Assembly (NCBI RefSeq): GCF_006345805.1
Contig: NC_043000.1
Span: 119,164,001 to 119,228,000, forward strand
Length of the DNA stretch: 64,000 bases
Reading direction: 5' to 3'
DNA from: Octopus sinensis
Lineage: Eukaryota
Shown here: one piece after another, positions 1 to 13,239 of the stretch
How the letters are laid out: every line of letters begins with the position of its first letter
How positions within the stretch are numbered: position 1 is the stretch's first letter
The notes under the pieces: model-generated
The model's input: the letters and a program-made list of their open reading frames with translations, nothing else
What the model was told of the DNA's origin: nothing
Databases searched by the model: none
Made by a program: the position numbers and the translations under genes

Positions 1-94
<94 letters not shown>

Positions 95-800
95 ATGTAT
101 GTATGTATGTATGTACGTATGTATATGTGTGTGTATATGTGTGTGTGTCTGTGTTTGTCCCCCCAACATCGCTCGACAACCGATGCTGGTGTGTTTACGT
201 CTCCGTAACTTAGCGGTTCGGCAAAAGAGACCGATAGAATAAGTACTAGGCTTACAAAGAATAAGTCTTCGCTGGATTTGCAATCTCAGTGTGCATATAC
301 AACAGACTGTAAGCATCTTGAAAGAAAAGTTAGGCATAAGAGGTGTCAGATGTGATGTGGAAAGAGGGAAGACTGCGTATGGAACGCGTATGGACAATGA
401 CACTTGTGTAAAGAAGCGCCAGTCTCTAACTGTGGAGGGAATCTATGGAAGAAGTAGGCCCAGAAAGACATGAGACGAGATAGTGTTGCATTGTCTTCGG
501 ATGCTGGGTCGCACAGAGGCGATGACAAGTGATCGAAACCTTTGGCGATTTGGTGTGCTTATCAAGCCAAGTGAAATCGGAGTCGTGGACAATGCCGGTG
601 ACACGTAAAAGGCATCCACCACACTCTTGGAGTGGTTGGCGTCCGGAAGAGCATCCAGCCGTAGAAACAAACCAAAGCAGACACGAGCCTAGTACAGCTC
701 TCCAGTATGCCAATTCCTATCAAGCCGTCTAATTCCTGCCAGCTTGGAAAACGTACGTTAAATGATGATGATTCGAATATACATGAATATAATGACTATA

Positions 801-1192
801 TATTCTTTTATTCTTTTACTTGTTTCAGTCATATGACTGCGGTCATGCCGGAGCACCGCCTTTAGTCGATCAAATCGACCCCCTGACTTATTCTTTGTAA
901 TCCCGGTACTTATTCTATCGGTCTTTTTTGCTGAACTGCTAAGTTACGGGGACGCAAACACACCAACATCGGTTGTCAAGTGATGGAGGTGGGTTACAAA
1001 CACAGAAACACAAACACATACATATATACATACACGACAGGATTCTTCCAGTTTCCGCCACAAATCCACTCACAAGGCTTTGGTCGGCCCAAATCAATAG
1101 TAGAAGATACTTGCCCAAGTTGCCACACAGTGGGACTGAACCCGGAACCATGTGGTTGGGAAGCAAGCTCATTACCACACAGCCACTCCTAC
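801..1192 (-). mobile_element. tRNA-derived SINE family B (internal TA/TG microsatellite); partial + copy at ~145-268
   Basis: Reverse complement of GGAGTGGCTGTGTGGTAA...GGGTTCAGTCCCACTG...TTGGGCAAGTGTCTTCTA...GACTGAAACAAGTAAAAGA. Confidence 0.85.
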
Positions 1193-1240
<48 letters not shown>

Positions 1241-1459
1241 GTATGTATATGTATGTATATGTATGTATATGTATATATACATACAGCTGAGTATACTATC
1301 ATAGAATAGACTAAAGCATTAGAAAATTTTAGCTCTTATTTCTAGCAATGTAGGTGTTTCTAACATTCTGGTCATATTTAAGTGACAATTATAGTTTTCC
1401 TATTTGGTAAAACATTGCATATTGCTGTCTGTATTAATTTTCTGTTAAATCATCCATAG

Positions 1460-1556
1460 ATTTTGGGGGTGAAAACATATATACTGACAGAGAATTCAGT
1501 CTTGTAACTGCCGAAATCCTTTCTGATGAGGCAACGGAAATTGCTGAAACTGACCG
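1460..1556 (+). CDS. Possible internal exon of an unidentified plus-strand gene (FGGENIYTDREFSLVTAEILSDEATEIAETD)
   Basis: Upstream T-rich tract ending CATAG|, 97 nt with one open frame, and a CG|GTGAGT donor. No recognisable homology. Confidence 0.3.
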
Positions 1557-1609
1557 GTGAGTATAAGGAATTCTCGATCGGTATTTTCGGGTGGTTATAG
1601 TTCCTGTTA

Positions 1610-1640
<31 letters not shown>

Positions 1641-3306
1641 TGATCAGAGACAGAAAATGGAATTCACGTGATTCTTTATTCAAAATCAGAGACAGAAAAT
1701 GGATCAGAGGCAGAAAATGGAATTCATGTGATTGTTTATTCAAAATCAGAGACAGAAAATGGATCAGAGGCAGAAAATGGAATTCATGTGATTGTTTATT
1801 CAAAATTAGAGACAGTAAATGGATCAGTGGCAGAAAATGGAATTCATGTGATTGTTTATTCAAAATCAGAGACAGAAAATGGATCAGTGGCAGAAAATGG
1901 AATTCATGTGATTGTTTATTCAAAATTAGAGACAGTAAATGGATCAGTGGCAGAAAATGGAATTCATGTGATTGTTTATTCAAAATCAGAGACAGAAAAT
2001 GGATCAGAGGCAGAAAATGGAATTCATGTGATTGTTTATTCAAAATTAGAGACAGTAAATGGATCAGTGGCAGAAAATGGAATTCATGTGATTGTTTATT
2101 CAAAATCAGAGACAGAAAATGGATCAGTGGCAGAAAATGGAATTCATGTGATTGTTTATTCAAAATTAGAGACAGTAAATGGATCAGTGGCAGAAAATGG
2201 AATTCATGTGATTGTTTATTCAAAATCAGAGACAGAAAATGGATCAGTGGCAGAAAATGGAATTCATGTGATTGTTTATTCAAAATTAGAGACAGTAAAT
2301 GGATCAGTGGCAGAAAATGGAATTCATGTGATTGTTTATTCAAAATCAGAGACAGAAAATGGATCAGAGGCAGAAAATGGAATTCATGTGATTGTTTATT
2401 CAAAATTAGAGACAGTAAATGGATCAGTGGCAGAAAATGGAATTCATGTGATTGTTTATTCAAAATCAGAGACAGAAAATGGATCAGTGGCAGAAAATGG
2501 AATTCATGTGATTGTTTATTCAAAATTAGAGACAGTAAATGGATCAGTGGCAGAAAATGGAATTCATGTGATTGTTTATTCAAAATCAGAGACAGAAAAT
2601 GGATCAGAGGCAGAAAATGGAATTCATGTGATTGTTTATTCAAAATTAGAGACAGTAAATGGATCAGTGGCAGAAAATGGAATTCATGTGATTGTTTATT
2701 CAAAATCAGAGACAGAAAATGGATCAGTGGCAGAAAATGGAATTCATGTGATTGTTTATTCAAAATTAGAGACAGTAAATGGATCAGTGGCAGAAAATGG
2801 AATTCATGTGATTGTTTATTCAAAATCAGAGACAGAAAATGGATCAGTGGCAGAAAATGGAATTCATGTGATTGTTTATTCAAAATTAGAGACAGTAAAT
2901 GGATCAGTGGCAGAAAATGGAATTCATGTGATTGTTTATTCAAAATCAGAGACAGAAAATGGATCAGAGGCAGAAAATGGAATTCATGTGATTGTTTATT
3001 CAAAATCAGAGACAGAAAATGGATCAGAGGCAGAAAATGGAATTCATGTGATTGTTTATTCAAAATTAGAGACAGTAAATGGATCAGTGGCAGAAAATGG
3101 AATTCATGTGATTGTTTATTCAAAATCAGAGACAGAAAATGGATCAGAGGCAGAAAATGGAATTCATGTGATTGTTTATTCAAAATTAGAGACAGTAAAT
3201 GGATCAGTGGCAGAAAATGGAATTCATGTGATTGTTTATTCAAAATTAGAGACAGTAAATGGATCAGTGGCAGAAAATGGAATTCATGTGATTCTTTATT
3301 CAAAAT
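1641..3306 (+). repeat. 60-bp minisatellite (27 full units from 1681 plus a partial unit) with internal 18-bp subrepeat and a 600-bp higher-order repeat
   Basis: Unit CAAAAT(C/T)AGAGACAG(A/T)AAATGGATCAG(A/T)GGCAGAAAATGGAATTCATGTGATTGTTTATT, directly visible at 60-nt line periodicity. Confidence 0.97.
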
Positions 3307-3789
3307 CCCTGCTATAGTTTCGACTCATCTTGCATCTATACCGCACAGGTAAGGTGCTGTACAATCGTCTTGCATCATAGATGCAGATTAAGTCTCCTCG
3401 AGTGGCTTTTTGAAACAAGTATCTCACTTTTTCGTCACTCCATATTACATAGCTCTATTAAGATATATGTCTAGATTGCTGCTGCATTCTAGCAGTTTCC
3501 ATGAGAAACTGAGAGAGAAGTCAAACTTCTCTTCAAAAACGTAGTACAATGAAATACACCGATAAAACGTAGATAAATACATACATAATATCAAAACGTC
3601 AAAGCATACATAATATAAAAACATCAAACCGGATATATATGAATAGTTCTATCAAAACAAAAGAATTATATATACAAAAGGACGCATTAAAAACAATTAG
3701 GTCATTAAATGTATCTAGAGGAATAGAGCGCTGTTCAGCCTACTCTATGACAACCGTAAGTCTATAAGTTGGAGTTAATTTATAGCCAC

Positions 3790-4690
3790 CAAACATATTT
3801 ACATTGCGAGATAGGCCTCGAGATAAACTCGTCCAAGTCGAAAGTCGTGAACGTCAACTACGGCGCAGAGGGCTTTGCGGCCTCCTCTCGGACGTACGTT
3901 CAATACTTCACCAGGTCCAAGTGACGTCAAAGGAAAACGTCCTTATTTTTGGTTCGCTGATCATCCTGCCTGCCATTCGCCCCACCCTCAGGTCTAAGCT
4001 CCCCCAGCTTGAATGATTGACGGCAATCGATGCCCACCCAGCATTGTTCCTATTAAGAAACTGCTTCGCCATGCCGAAGCTACTGTATACCTTCCGCAGT
4101 GCCCCTTGCTACAACCACGCATCTCTCCTCACGGATCTCGACGCCTTTATTCAACGGGCCGCCGAAGGGATATGCAACGTTCGGTTTGACAGCACTACCT
4201 GGCAATAGGTTACCTTACCCATCAAATATAGCGTTCTTGGCTTTCGATCTCTGGTCCCACTGGCCTTACCGGCTTTTTTCTCGTTGGTGACCTCTTGCCG
4301 TGTCCTCATTGACAGGGTTCTTCGCAACACAACTGAACCATTTGTGATCGGGGAACGCGAAGAAGCCTACACGACATGGAACCGGCTCAGACTGCACCCC
4401 TCTGTGAATGTCCGGTCCTCACAAATGAAATAGGACGCCATTTAGTGTAACATAACCTCGGACAAGCTAATGCACCGACTTGACCAGCACATGTTTTCAC
4501 TCAACCTCCGAGCCTCACAGCGGAGCTTGGCTTAATGCGGTGCCATCACTCGTAACTGGCACTCAGCTTGATAGCAACTGCCTGCACATCAGCGCTTCCC
4601 TGAGGCTTGAGCTTCAACAATATCGATGCGAATCCATTTTGGATTCTTACGGCCTCCACCCACAGTCATGCCGTCATTATGCTATGAGAA
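3790..4690 (+). mobile_element. Decayed CRE-like non-LTR retrotransposon fragment (RT C-terminus to Cys/His motif)
   Basis: Peptides LFLLRNCFAMPKLLYTFRSAPC, PHSGAWLNAVPS..GTQLD...HISASLRL and C.SILDSYGLHPQSC resemble CRE-clade ORFs (recalled similarity). Multiple stops and frameshifts. Confidence 0.6.
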
Positions 4691-4750
4691 ATGTTTCCAT
4701 ATTGTGAGAAGCAAGCACACAAATATATATTCATGTGTGCATATATGAGA

Positions 4751-4871
<121 letters not shown>

Positions 4872-5026
4872 CGGCTGAAAAGATGCTTAGAGTCTATAAG
4901 ATCGAAAATTACGGTTAAAAAAGTAAATAAAGTTGAAAAAGGCAGAAAAATATATTTTAGGGAATGTTTAATATTTTTGTAACTGAGTGATTTAAAATAT
5001 AACCGGTTTCGATGTATTCATGTGTG

Positions 5027-5059
<33 letters not shown>

Positions 5060-5320
5060 GTATGTACTTTTTTTAGTTTCGGCTCAGAGCTGTGGCCATG
5101 CTGGGGCACCGCCGTTATGCTACATTGTTATTATTGAGAGCCACCTCTGATATGTGGCATTTGGTGAATAAGGGAATTTGGTGTTGCACCTCTTGCCACG
5201 AGGTAGGTTCATCTGGGACTCTCGACAAGGATCTTCCAAATGTATATTACCGCATACCCCTCCCGCCTGTATGTATATATATATATATATATGTGCATAT
5301 GTACATACTTACATCTATAC

Positions 5321-5397
<77 letters not shown>

Positions 5398-5725
5398 TAT
5401 GCGGGCACAGGACGTCACGAAACTTGTAGAACAAAAACACGAAGTACGAGTACATGGATTATGAACTATTTTTTCGAACAACGAAAGACACAAATGGAAA
5501 ACAAAACAAACATCACAAGAAAACGACCCTTCACTAGTTGTTGGCTGTTTTTTTGCTCTCGTATTTCGAGCATTTAACATTTGTTGCCACTAATGTCGTT
5601 TAATTTTAATGTTGTCTCTGATGTGAACTCACCCTCTAGTATTATATATAATAAATTCATGGGATATTGTGTTATATGATGAATTAAAGTGCATTGCATA
5701 TGTTATAAGCTATATGGTATGGTAT

Positions 5726-5960
5726 GTAGCGAGCTGGCAGAATCGTTAGCACGCCGGGCGAAATGCTTTAAGGTATTTCGTCTGCCGTTACGTTCTAAGT
5801 TCAAATTCCGCCGAGGTTGACCTTACCTTTCATCCTTTCGGAGTCGATTAAATAAGTACAAGTTACGCACTGGGGTCGATATAATCGACTTAATCCGTTT
5901 GTCTGTCCTTGTTTGTCCTCTCCGTGTTTAGCCCCCTGTGGGTAGTGAAGAAATAGGTAT
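5726..5960 (+). mobile_element. tRNA-derived SINE family A (Nin/Deu-like core)
   Basis: GCGAGCTGGCAGAA..GTTAGCACGCCGGG head, GTTCAAATTCC B-box, CCTTTCATCCTTTCGG.GTCGAT core. Confidence 0.85.
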
Positions 5961-6470
5961 GTGGTATGCTACATGTAATTACTATCCTATGGAAACTCCT
6001 GCCTTGTTAGTCTGACTTCATCATGTTTTTTGTGATTAAATTATTTGTCCCTTTTTATGACGTTCTACCCTACTAATCATATTATGCATTTTGTAATGGC
6101 TTTTATGTAAGTAAGACTCCTAATTTCATAGCCCTGTGAAACTATAAAATTATGTGTGTAATAGCACCTGTAACTGTACAACTTATAAAATGCCCTTTCG
6201 GTCTGAATACCTCCAGTTGCCCTCACTGCTCCTATACCCATTGCTTCTTCTTTGAGGTTATCTTTATCTCTTCCCTACCTCAAATTTCAGTACTCTGTCT
6301 CCTTAAAATATGTTAAATATATTTTCTTACTATTCTCTATAATTTCTTATTATTTTGTTTTCTTATTTTAATATCTTTACCTATTAACCTCTTATCCCTT
6401 TTAAGTTGTAACTGTTCTTAAATAGAGATATGAACTTTCTAGTTAATTAAGTCTATGAGAGTTGATTATA

Positions 6471-7027
6471 TTGGGTTGTCCGGAAAGTTCGTGCCGATTT
6501 TTAAAGAAAATGGTCAATAAATACTTGCCATTACATTTTTTATCAGCCAAATATGAAAACTTTTGTTGCACGATGCGTCTCCATCTTTCCTTTAACTTGA
6601 AAATACCCTCTTCCCAGAATTGTGGTGGTTTCGTGGCAAAGAATTCATCAAGATATCTTTTTATGTCATCCAAGGAATTGAAATTTTTACCATTAAGACT
6701 TTTCTGCTGAGACCTGAATAAGTGGAAATCCGAAGGAGCAATATCTGGTGAATATGGAGGGTGGGGTAACACATCCCAGCCGAGCTGCAGCAATTTTTGT
6801 CTGGTTCCCAAAGTATCAAGTGCCGAAAATGGACTTACCTTCCATTTTAAAGGGTTACAGAATTAACACAGATTATAGGAACATAAACCTTCTTCCACGA
6901 AAAGATAGCTTAAACTGTGCTCTAAATGGAGGTGTAGTCAAATCCTATTTTATGGACTCAATCATGTTCTAAAATAAGCTGAAAGGTAAGCTACTATAAA
7001 TCGGCACGAACTTTCCGGACAACCCAA
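6471..7027 (-). mobile_element. Internally deleted mariner DNA transposon
   Basis: Perfect 30-bp TIRs (TTGGGTTGTCCGGAAAGTTCGTGCCGATTT at 6471-6500 and its reverse complement at 6998-7027), TA on both sides, and transposase C-terminus GWDVLPHPPYSPDIAPSDFHLF. Confidence 0.95.
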
Positions 7028-7453
7028 TAATATATCCATAATAAACTATAAATATTTGTGTATATTTGAATGTGTGCACATAGTTAAATATGTATGTGCA
7101 TCTGTACACAACTTTTTTCCGATTTTTTCTGATTCTTAGCTTATAATTAATATAATAGTTAAGATGAGAGAAAATATCAAGACATCGGAAATTATTCATT
7201 TTAACCCAGTTACCAATTTTGCCCCACTTCCATGTAGTTATTTCAAGTGTTTGACAGAAGGACGAAAAATATAGGAAATAAAATAAGTAAGAAAAAAGGT
7301 TCCATTTAATGAAACATTTGAATATATATGCAATAATTCTAAAGCTGAAAAAGAATGGTTTTAACTGTTGAGAGATGTAATTTTATAATTAAAACTAATT
7401 TCAATTTTTTTCTATATTTACTTGCTATCTAGAAGTAGAAGCACGCGTGCGCG

Positions 7454-7491
<38 letters not shown>

Positions 7492-9299
7492 TGTATGCGT
7501 GCGTGTGTACTTTTAACTGCTGCTGGTCAAGCCACAGGTCAAGCTCAGTCATGCGTTGAACATTTTTCTATCAATCTCTTTATACATTCATACTTTAGAG
7601 ACACACAAGCACTCACACACTAGCAGATACATACATACAAACATACATACATACATACATACATAAATACATACATACATACATACATACATACATACAT
7701 ACATACATACATACATACATACATACATACATACATACATACATACATACATACGCACACACATACATAGGAATATCCTGTTGTTTCCCTGTTGTGTCTG
7801 TCCCCCCAAAAGCAGCTACAAATTTTTAATTGAATTACTTGGTGTCTCTTAAGTGACAAAATCTATTTTTTAATGATAAAAAGTGGATCCATTACAGTTT
7901 TTAAGAAGCCAAGACACTTTTACATATTGATTGCTAGGAGGTGAGGCGCGCCTAGCCTTCTTAGCAGGGGGCTCCAATATCGAGATACCTTGGGCAATTG
8001 CCCCTTCTGGGCCCCTATAAATCCTTTGAAATATATATATACACACACACACAAATAATGACGTAAACTGATTTGGTCACTTAAACGATATGAATCTCTT
8101 TTTATGAAATTACCAATTTTCAATACCCATTCCCCCCACTACAACTTCGCTTTGTCTAAAGCAAGATACGACAAGGAAATTACTTTTCTTAGTCCTGAAA
8201 GTACAGCACTTAATTATAGAGAAAGTAATGAGATTTTAAGTGATAGACGGATTACAAACTTACTTGGTCGGGAAAACATACCAACTAGAAAAGCATCCAG
8301 CTAACCCATCAATTTGAATTTTAAAAAAATAAGCAACAACAGGAAATTAGATGCTACAACAAGTAAGAACTTTGGTTTAGATAATAAGGGTAGTGGAGGG
8401 AATGGACAAGTTGCTTGAACCTGTAAGCATATGAAAAATACTGGTAATAGAGTCATACCTAATAATCAAGTCAAGATTTTGAAAGGCGTTGAGAGAACAG
8501 GTAGATTCCGCCCTTACATGCGCCGTAAGTCTGAAAATAAGGACTTGATCTGGTATAACGTTCCCTTCAACTGTGCCATATCCATAAACATATAATGGAA
8601 ATCTATGACAATTTTAGAAAAAAACTTTCCTGCTTCCCATAGATACAACAGAATTTTTTCCCGTAAGAGAGAATTTCATACTCTACTCTCCCAAATATGG
8701 GTACCATCATAGCAAGGTTAAATAAAAAGGATATTAAATTAGCAAGAGGTGGTAATAATAATAATGTTAGGAGAGTATTGTAGTTCGCTTGAAGCATTGT
8801 GTATTGTTTGTAAAGAATAAAAAGTTTTGAATGGTATAACAATGCACTATAATACAAGCAATGGGCTATATATCATCCATAGTCTGATATGATATTTCGG
8901 AATAATATTCCTTCTTCAGATATTCTTAGATGGAGTCGCTGCTATAATCGGTTTTCCAACGGCTTTTCTTTTTTCTTTTCTTTTTTTTTGAAGCGTCTCA
9001 GCAGTGGTCTCACGATGCTCCTTCCGGAATTCCTCATGAGAAGTGCATGAGGTTGGCCATGTCTCAATCTCGTGTGTGCTGGTGCATCCGTAGCGCTGCT
9101 TCTAAGTTACGTATTATACGTATTATACGCAGCTTCCTTTTTTCCCTTCTTTTTTTCTTTTTTTTTTGTTATAAACAACAGATGAACATATTATCAAAAG
9201 TGAACCTACACGCATCCAGATGTATCTAAATAATGTATTGATTACCAATCTCCAGCCTGTTGTTAATTTGGGGCCCTAGTCTGCGTAAGAGTATAACTT

Positions 9300-9555
9300 C
9301 CTTAATTCTTAAATTACCCAAAATGTCTTTCCTTGGCCTCAATTGTGACTGTTATGCTTTTGTCGGTGTTCCGGCATCTGGCTAGATGTTTTCTGAAGGA
9401 GGAAGCTCTCGTGTTCAGATGTTCTTTGATGCGGACGTGTAACGATCTTGTGCTACTCACATAGAACTTGTTGCATTTGTTACATTGTATTCTGTACACA
9501 ACATTAACCCGTTGGCATAAATCTGTCACGGATGGGACAAGTTTGTTAGTGTACG
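9300..9555 (-). mobile_element. Opposite-strand Penelope GIY-YIG fragment nested in the above; second copy at ~23510-23765
   Basis: NVVYRIQCNKCNKFYVSSTRSLHVRIKEH (ORF 9314..9529). Confidence 0.75.
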
Positions 9556-9986
9556 TTGATTGTTGTCCCTTGTCAACACTAACTTGAACCCCTCCAATGT
9601 GAATAATAATATTAATGGTGACGTAGAAAATAGAAACAGCAGTACCAATGCTTCTAATATATACAATATAGACTGTAGCCCTGAGGTCTATACTAGCACA
9701 GGGATTACTGATTCGCCTGATTATGCTGGAATGAGTGTGAATGATACAACAATTGAAGGATGGAGAGATATAGCCGGATATGAAAATTATACATACAATA
9801 TTAGTAGCATGGTTAATATTAATAGTAATGTTAATAACAATAATGGTATGAATATCAATAATATTAATAGTAGTAATTTTCCTAGTTGTAATTGTAGGGT
9901 TAAATCTGACTGTCCATTATTAGGCCGATGTCTAATCCAAAACGTAATCTATATGTGTACTATCACAACTGTAGCTGGTAACTGTA

Positions 9987-10115
9987 GCTTCTTCCTCCTC
10001 CTCCTCTTCTTCTTCTTCTTCTTCTTCTTCTTCTTCTTCTTCTTCTTCTTCTTCTTCTTCTTCTTCTTCTTCTTCTTCTCCTCCTTCTTCTTCTCCTTCT
10101 TCTTCTTCATCATCA
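9987..10115. repeat. (CTT)n microsatellite (second copy at ~24205-24310); other trinucleotide arrays: (ATT)n at 41540-41630 and 61570-61680, (TAG)n at 62985-63135
   Basis: Directly visible. Confidence 0.95.
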
Positions 10116-10964
10116 TTATATACAGGATATTCAATAAATATGAAAAAATGCATTAATAACCATTTTTCATCTTTTAGGCTCAAAAATAAGGCCAATTGTA
10201 CGTCCTTATCTAGCAAGATTTGGGAAATGAAGGAAAGCGGAATCGGATTTAGCTTTAAATGGGATAGTATAAAGAAAGCGCAACTTTATAGAGACGGTCG
10301 GTATGGGTGCGAGCTGTGCTCTATGGAAACTTATGAAATTTTTAAGTATAGGGACAAGAGCAACTTGGTTAATTATAGATTATACCTAAGGGTATCATGC
10401 ATACATAGTGTTACCCGTACATTTAAGTATTTTCGAAATTAGCGTTTATAGGTGCTGCACTTGAACCTGGACACGAGAAATTAATTTTAGTGTCGTATAT
10501 GATGTGAACTTACCCTCTAGTACTATATATAATAAGTTTTATATATTTTCTTACTGTTCTCTATAATTTCTTATTATTGCGTTTTCTTATTTTGATATCT
10601 TTACCTATTAACTTCTCTTGTAAGTTATTAATGTTCATAAAGAGAAATATAAACTTTGTAGATACTTGAGTCTAGAAGAGTTGATTATAACTTGCCCATT
10701 TCTGTATATTTGCATGTGTGCACATAGTTAAATATGTGTATGTAACTATGCACAACTTATTTTTTCGATTTTTTTTTCTGATTCTTAGCTTATAACTAAT
10801 ATAAAGATAGCATGATTTATGGCACCAGTATTCAATAAGTAAATACCAAGAGCAATCTTTATAGAAATCACCTCATAAATAAATAATTAAGTACAGGTAT
10901 GAATATTAAACTAATTCTATGTAATCTTCCCTTTCTAATGTTGAAAATTGATATATATATATAT

Positions 10965-11372
10965 AGGCGCAGTAGTGGCTGTGTGGTAAGTAGCTTGTTT
11001 ACCAACCACATGGCTCTGGGTTCAGTCCCACTGCGTGGCACTTTGGGCAAGTGTCTTCTACTATAGCCTCGGGCCGACCAAAGCCTTGTGAGTGGATTTG
11101 GTAGACGGAAACTGATAGGAGCCCGTCGTATATATGTATATATGCGTGTGTGTGTTTGTGTGTCTATATTTGTCCCCCTAGCATTGCTTGACAACCGATG
11201 CTGGTGTGTTTATGTCCCCGTTACTTAGCGGTTCGGCAAAAGAGACCGATAGAAAAAGTACTGGGCTTACAAAAGAATAAGTCTCGGGGTCGAGTTGCTC
11301 GATTAAAGGCGGTCCTCCAGCATGGCAGTAGTCAAATGATTGAAACAAATAAAAGAGAGTAAAGAGTAAGAG
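10965..11372 (+). mobile_element. SINE family B full copy (second copy at 25166-25565)
   Basis: AGGCGCAGTAGTGGCTGTGTGGTAAG head to ...AAATAAAAGAGAGTAAAGAG tail. Confidence 0.88.
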
Positions 11373-12424
11373 AGATATATACACAGTTTATCTATTCTGG
11401 TTATAATATCATTTTTAGTAATCTTCAGTTTTATCTTCAACAACATAACAATATTGATTATATACAATCATCCTTTGTAACCCATGATAATTTCCTCTGT
11501 ATTAACATCATAGGTTTTATTAGCGTCTTGCCCCTTTAACTGGTAATTAACATCTTGATTTAGGGTCTTATGACCACACCCAATACTTATGACCACACCC
11601 AACAATAAACTGTCAACTCACTCTGTCTATCCAGATACACTGTCCTCTAGCCTTAGATTGGATAGTTGACTAATAAATTAAAAGTGAACCACAATCATTC
11701 ACAAGCTATGACCCTAACAAACTTCATAGTTCTTAGGAGTGTAGTATATTCTGAGTCGCATTAGTAGCAACAAGGACTTTCTCCTCCTCTTGCTGTTAGA
11801 GAATTTGAGTAAAATTATATTAATCGTCCAACTGATTAAAAATATCTACTTATTTATGAAGCTGAGAATAGCCTTGCATTTAAATTAATGTCATGATTGC
11901 ATTATTCAATTAAATGGAACCGCTTGAAACGGTTGTACTGCATCACTACTTGACATCCCGTTGCTTATTTTGATTTTATTCACCTTACTTTGAGCTGTAC
12001 GGATAACACTGCACTGGCTTGGTGCTTCGGACTTAACTCATGGCGGGGACCCATTATATATTCAGTGGACCCATTATACACAAGAATTAAAGTCTTAGAA
12101 AATTACCAAATTTAAATCTCAAAACCCATCAATTTCTAATAATTGAATTTGGTGAGTTAGCAGAGAGTTTAAATAAATGACTTAAAATATCGATTCATAG
12201 ATACACTTTTGTAAATTTCAAATTTTGCTTTTCACACATCCACTTGTGGTGTTTGAATTTTCCTTCATTGTGAAAAGTACAATGAAGGAAAGGTGAGTGG
12301 GGTAAGACTGCTTCGTTTTAATGTGAGTTTCATATGTTTCAGAATGTAGCATAAGATAAAATGACAGAAAATTACGAAAAAGAAGAAACACATTTTTGTG
12401 GTTGTTGCTGTTGCTGTTGAGCGT

Positions 12425-12787
12425 AACGGTCTTCGTCCAGTGGGAGAAGTCCGAAACGTGGTCCTTTGCTATTCATAAGACCCGCAGAAGAGAAAGCAGA
12501 TCAACCCCCGACACCGAGAGCATCGACGGATGGATGAATGCGCATCCAGGTTCGCATCCAGGTTCGGCGGTTGCGTAGGAAGTCGGGGATAAGAAACAGG
12601 AAGAAAGAGTGAAAGAAAGTTGGAGCGATAGAGTACAACAGAGGTCACCACCACCCTCTGCTTAAGCCTCGTGGAGCTTTAGGCGTTTTCGCTCAATAAA
12701 CACACACAACGCCCGGTCTGGGAATCGAAACCGTGATCCTCCGACCGTGAGTCCGCTGCCCTAACCATTGGGCCATTGCGCCTCCAC
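12425..12787 (-). mobile_element. tRNA-derived SINE family C (second copy at 26620-26981)
   Basis: Reverse complement begins GTGGAGGCGCAATGGCCCAATGGTTAGGGCAGCGGAC...GGTTTCGATTCCCAGACCGGG (A/B boxes). Confidence 0.85.
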
Positions 12788-12869
12788 TGTGGTTCTTGCT
12801 GTTACAAAAACATGATGCGCCCGCACGCGTATGTGTGTGTGTGTATGTGTGTGTGTGTGTGTGTATGTG

Positions 12870-12903
<34 letters not shown>

Positions 12904-13239
12904 ACAGAAAGAGAGAGAGAGAGTGGGGTGAAGATACCAACATTTAAAAGACAGGAATTTTAAAATTTTGTTTTTTCTTCCCTTCATTGTTTTGCAATGC
13001 GTGAAAAAAAAAGCGAGGAACACCCGACAAAAACAGGTAAAATTAAAACAACTATTTCCAAAAGTCTGTTTTTTTCCAGTTTTCCAGCCAGAGGAGGTGG
13101 GGCTTAATGAATAATATTTACTGAATCTTTGACTTTCAAGAAAATATATTTTATGTAAATGTTCACTACTTTGCCAAAACTATTTGGCAGATACACAGGT
13201 TTTATTGCCTATTAAACAAACGCTGTATTTTGTATACAA

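Larger units (their letters stand above)
8050..10450 (+). mobile_element. Decayed Penelope-like element (RT C-terminus/linker + GIY-YIG); second copy at ~22270-24640
   Basis: YNFALSKARY and LIWYNVPFN...KNFP.SHRYNRIF; CNCRVKSDCPLLGRCL.QNVIY...YTG...NHFSSF...TSLSSKIW.MK...W...C.LC. Confidence 0.75.

Noticed and set aside
1681-3300. CRISPR-like appearance of the 60-bp array
   Set aside because: No unique spacers, no cas genes, eukaryotic context; it is a minisatellite.
12396-12578. ORF with signal-peptide-like start MWLLLLLLSV
   Set aside because: Starts at TTG/GTG-type codon in a (GTT)-rich patch and runs into a SINE tail; no splice support.
12700-12787. tRNA-like A/B boxes here and at other SINE heads
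   Set aside because: They continue into SINE bodies and lack a complete cloverleaf; not tRNA genes.
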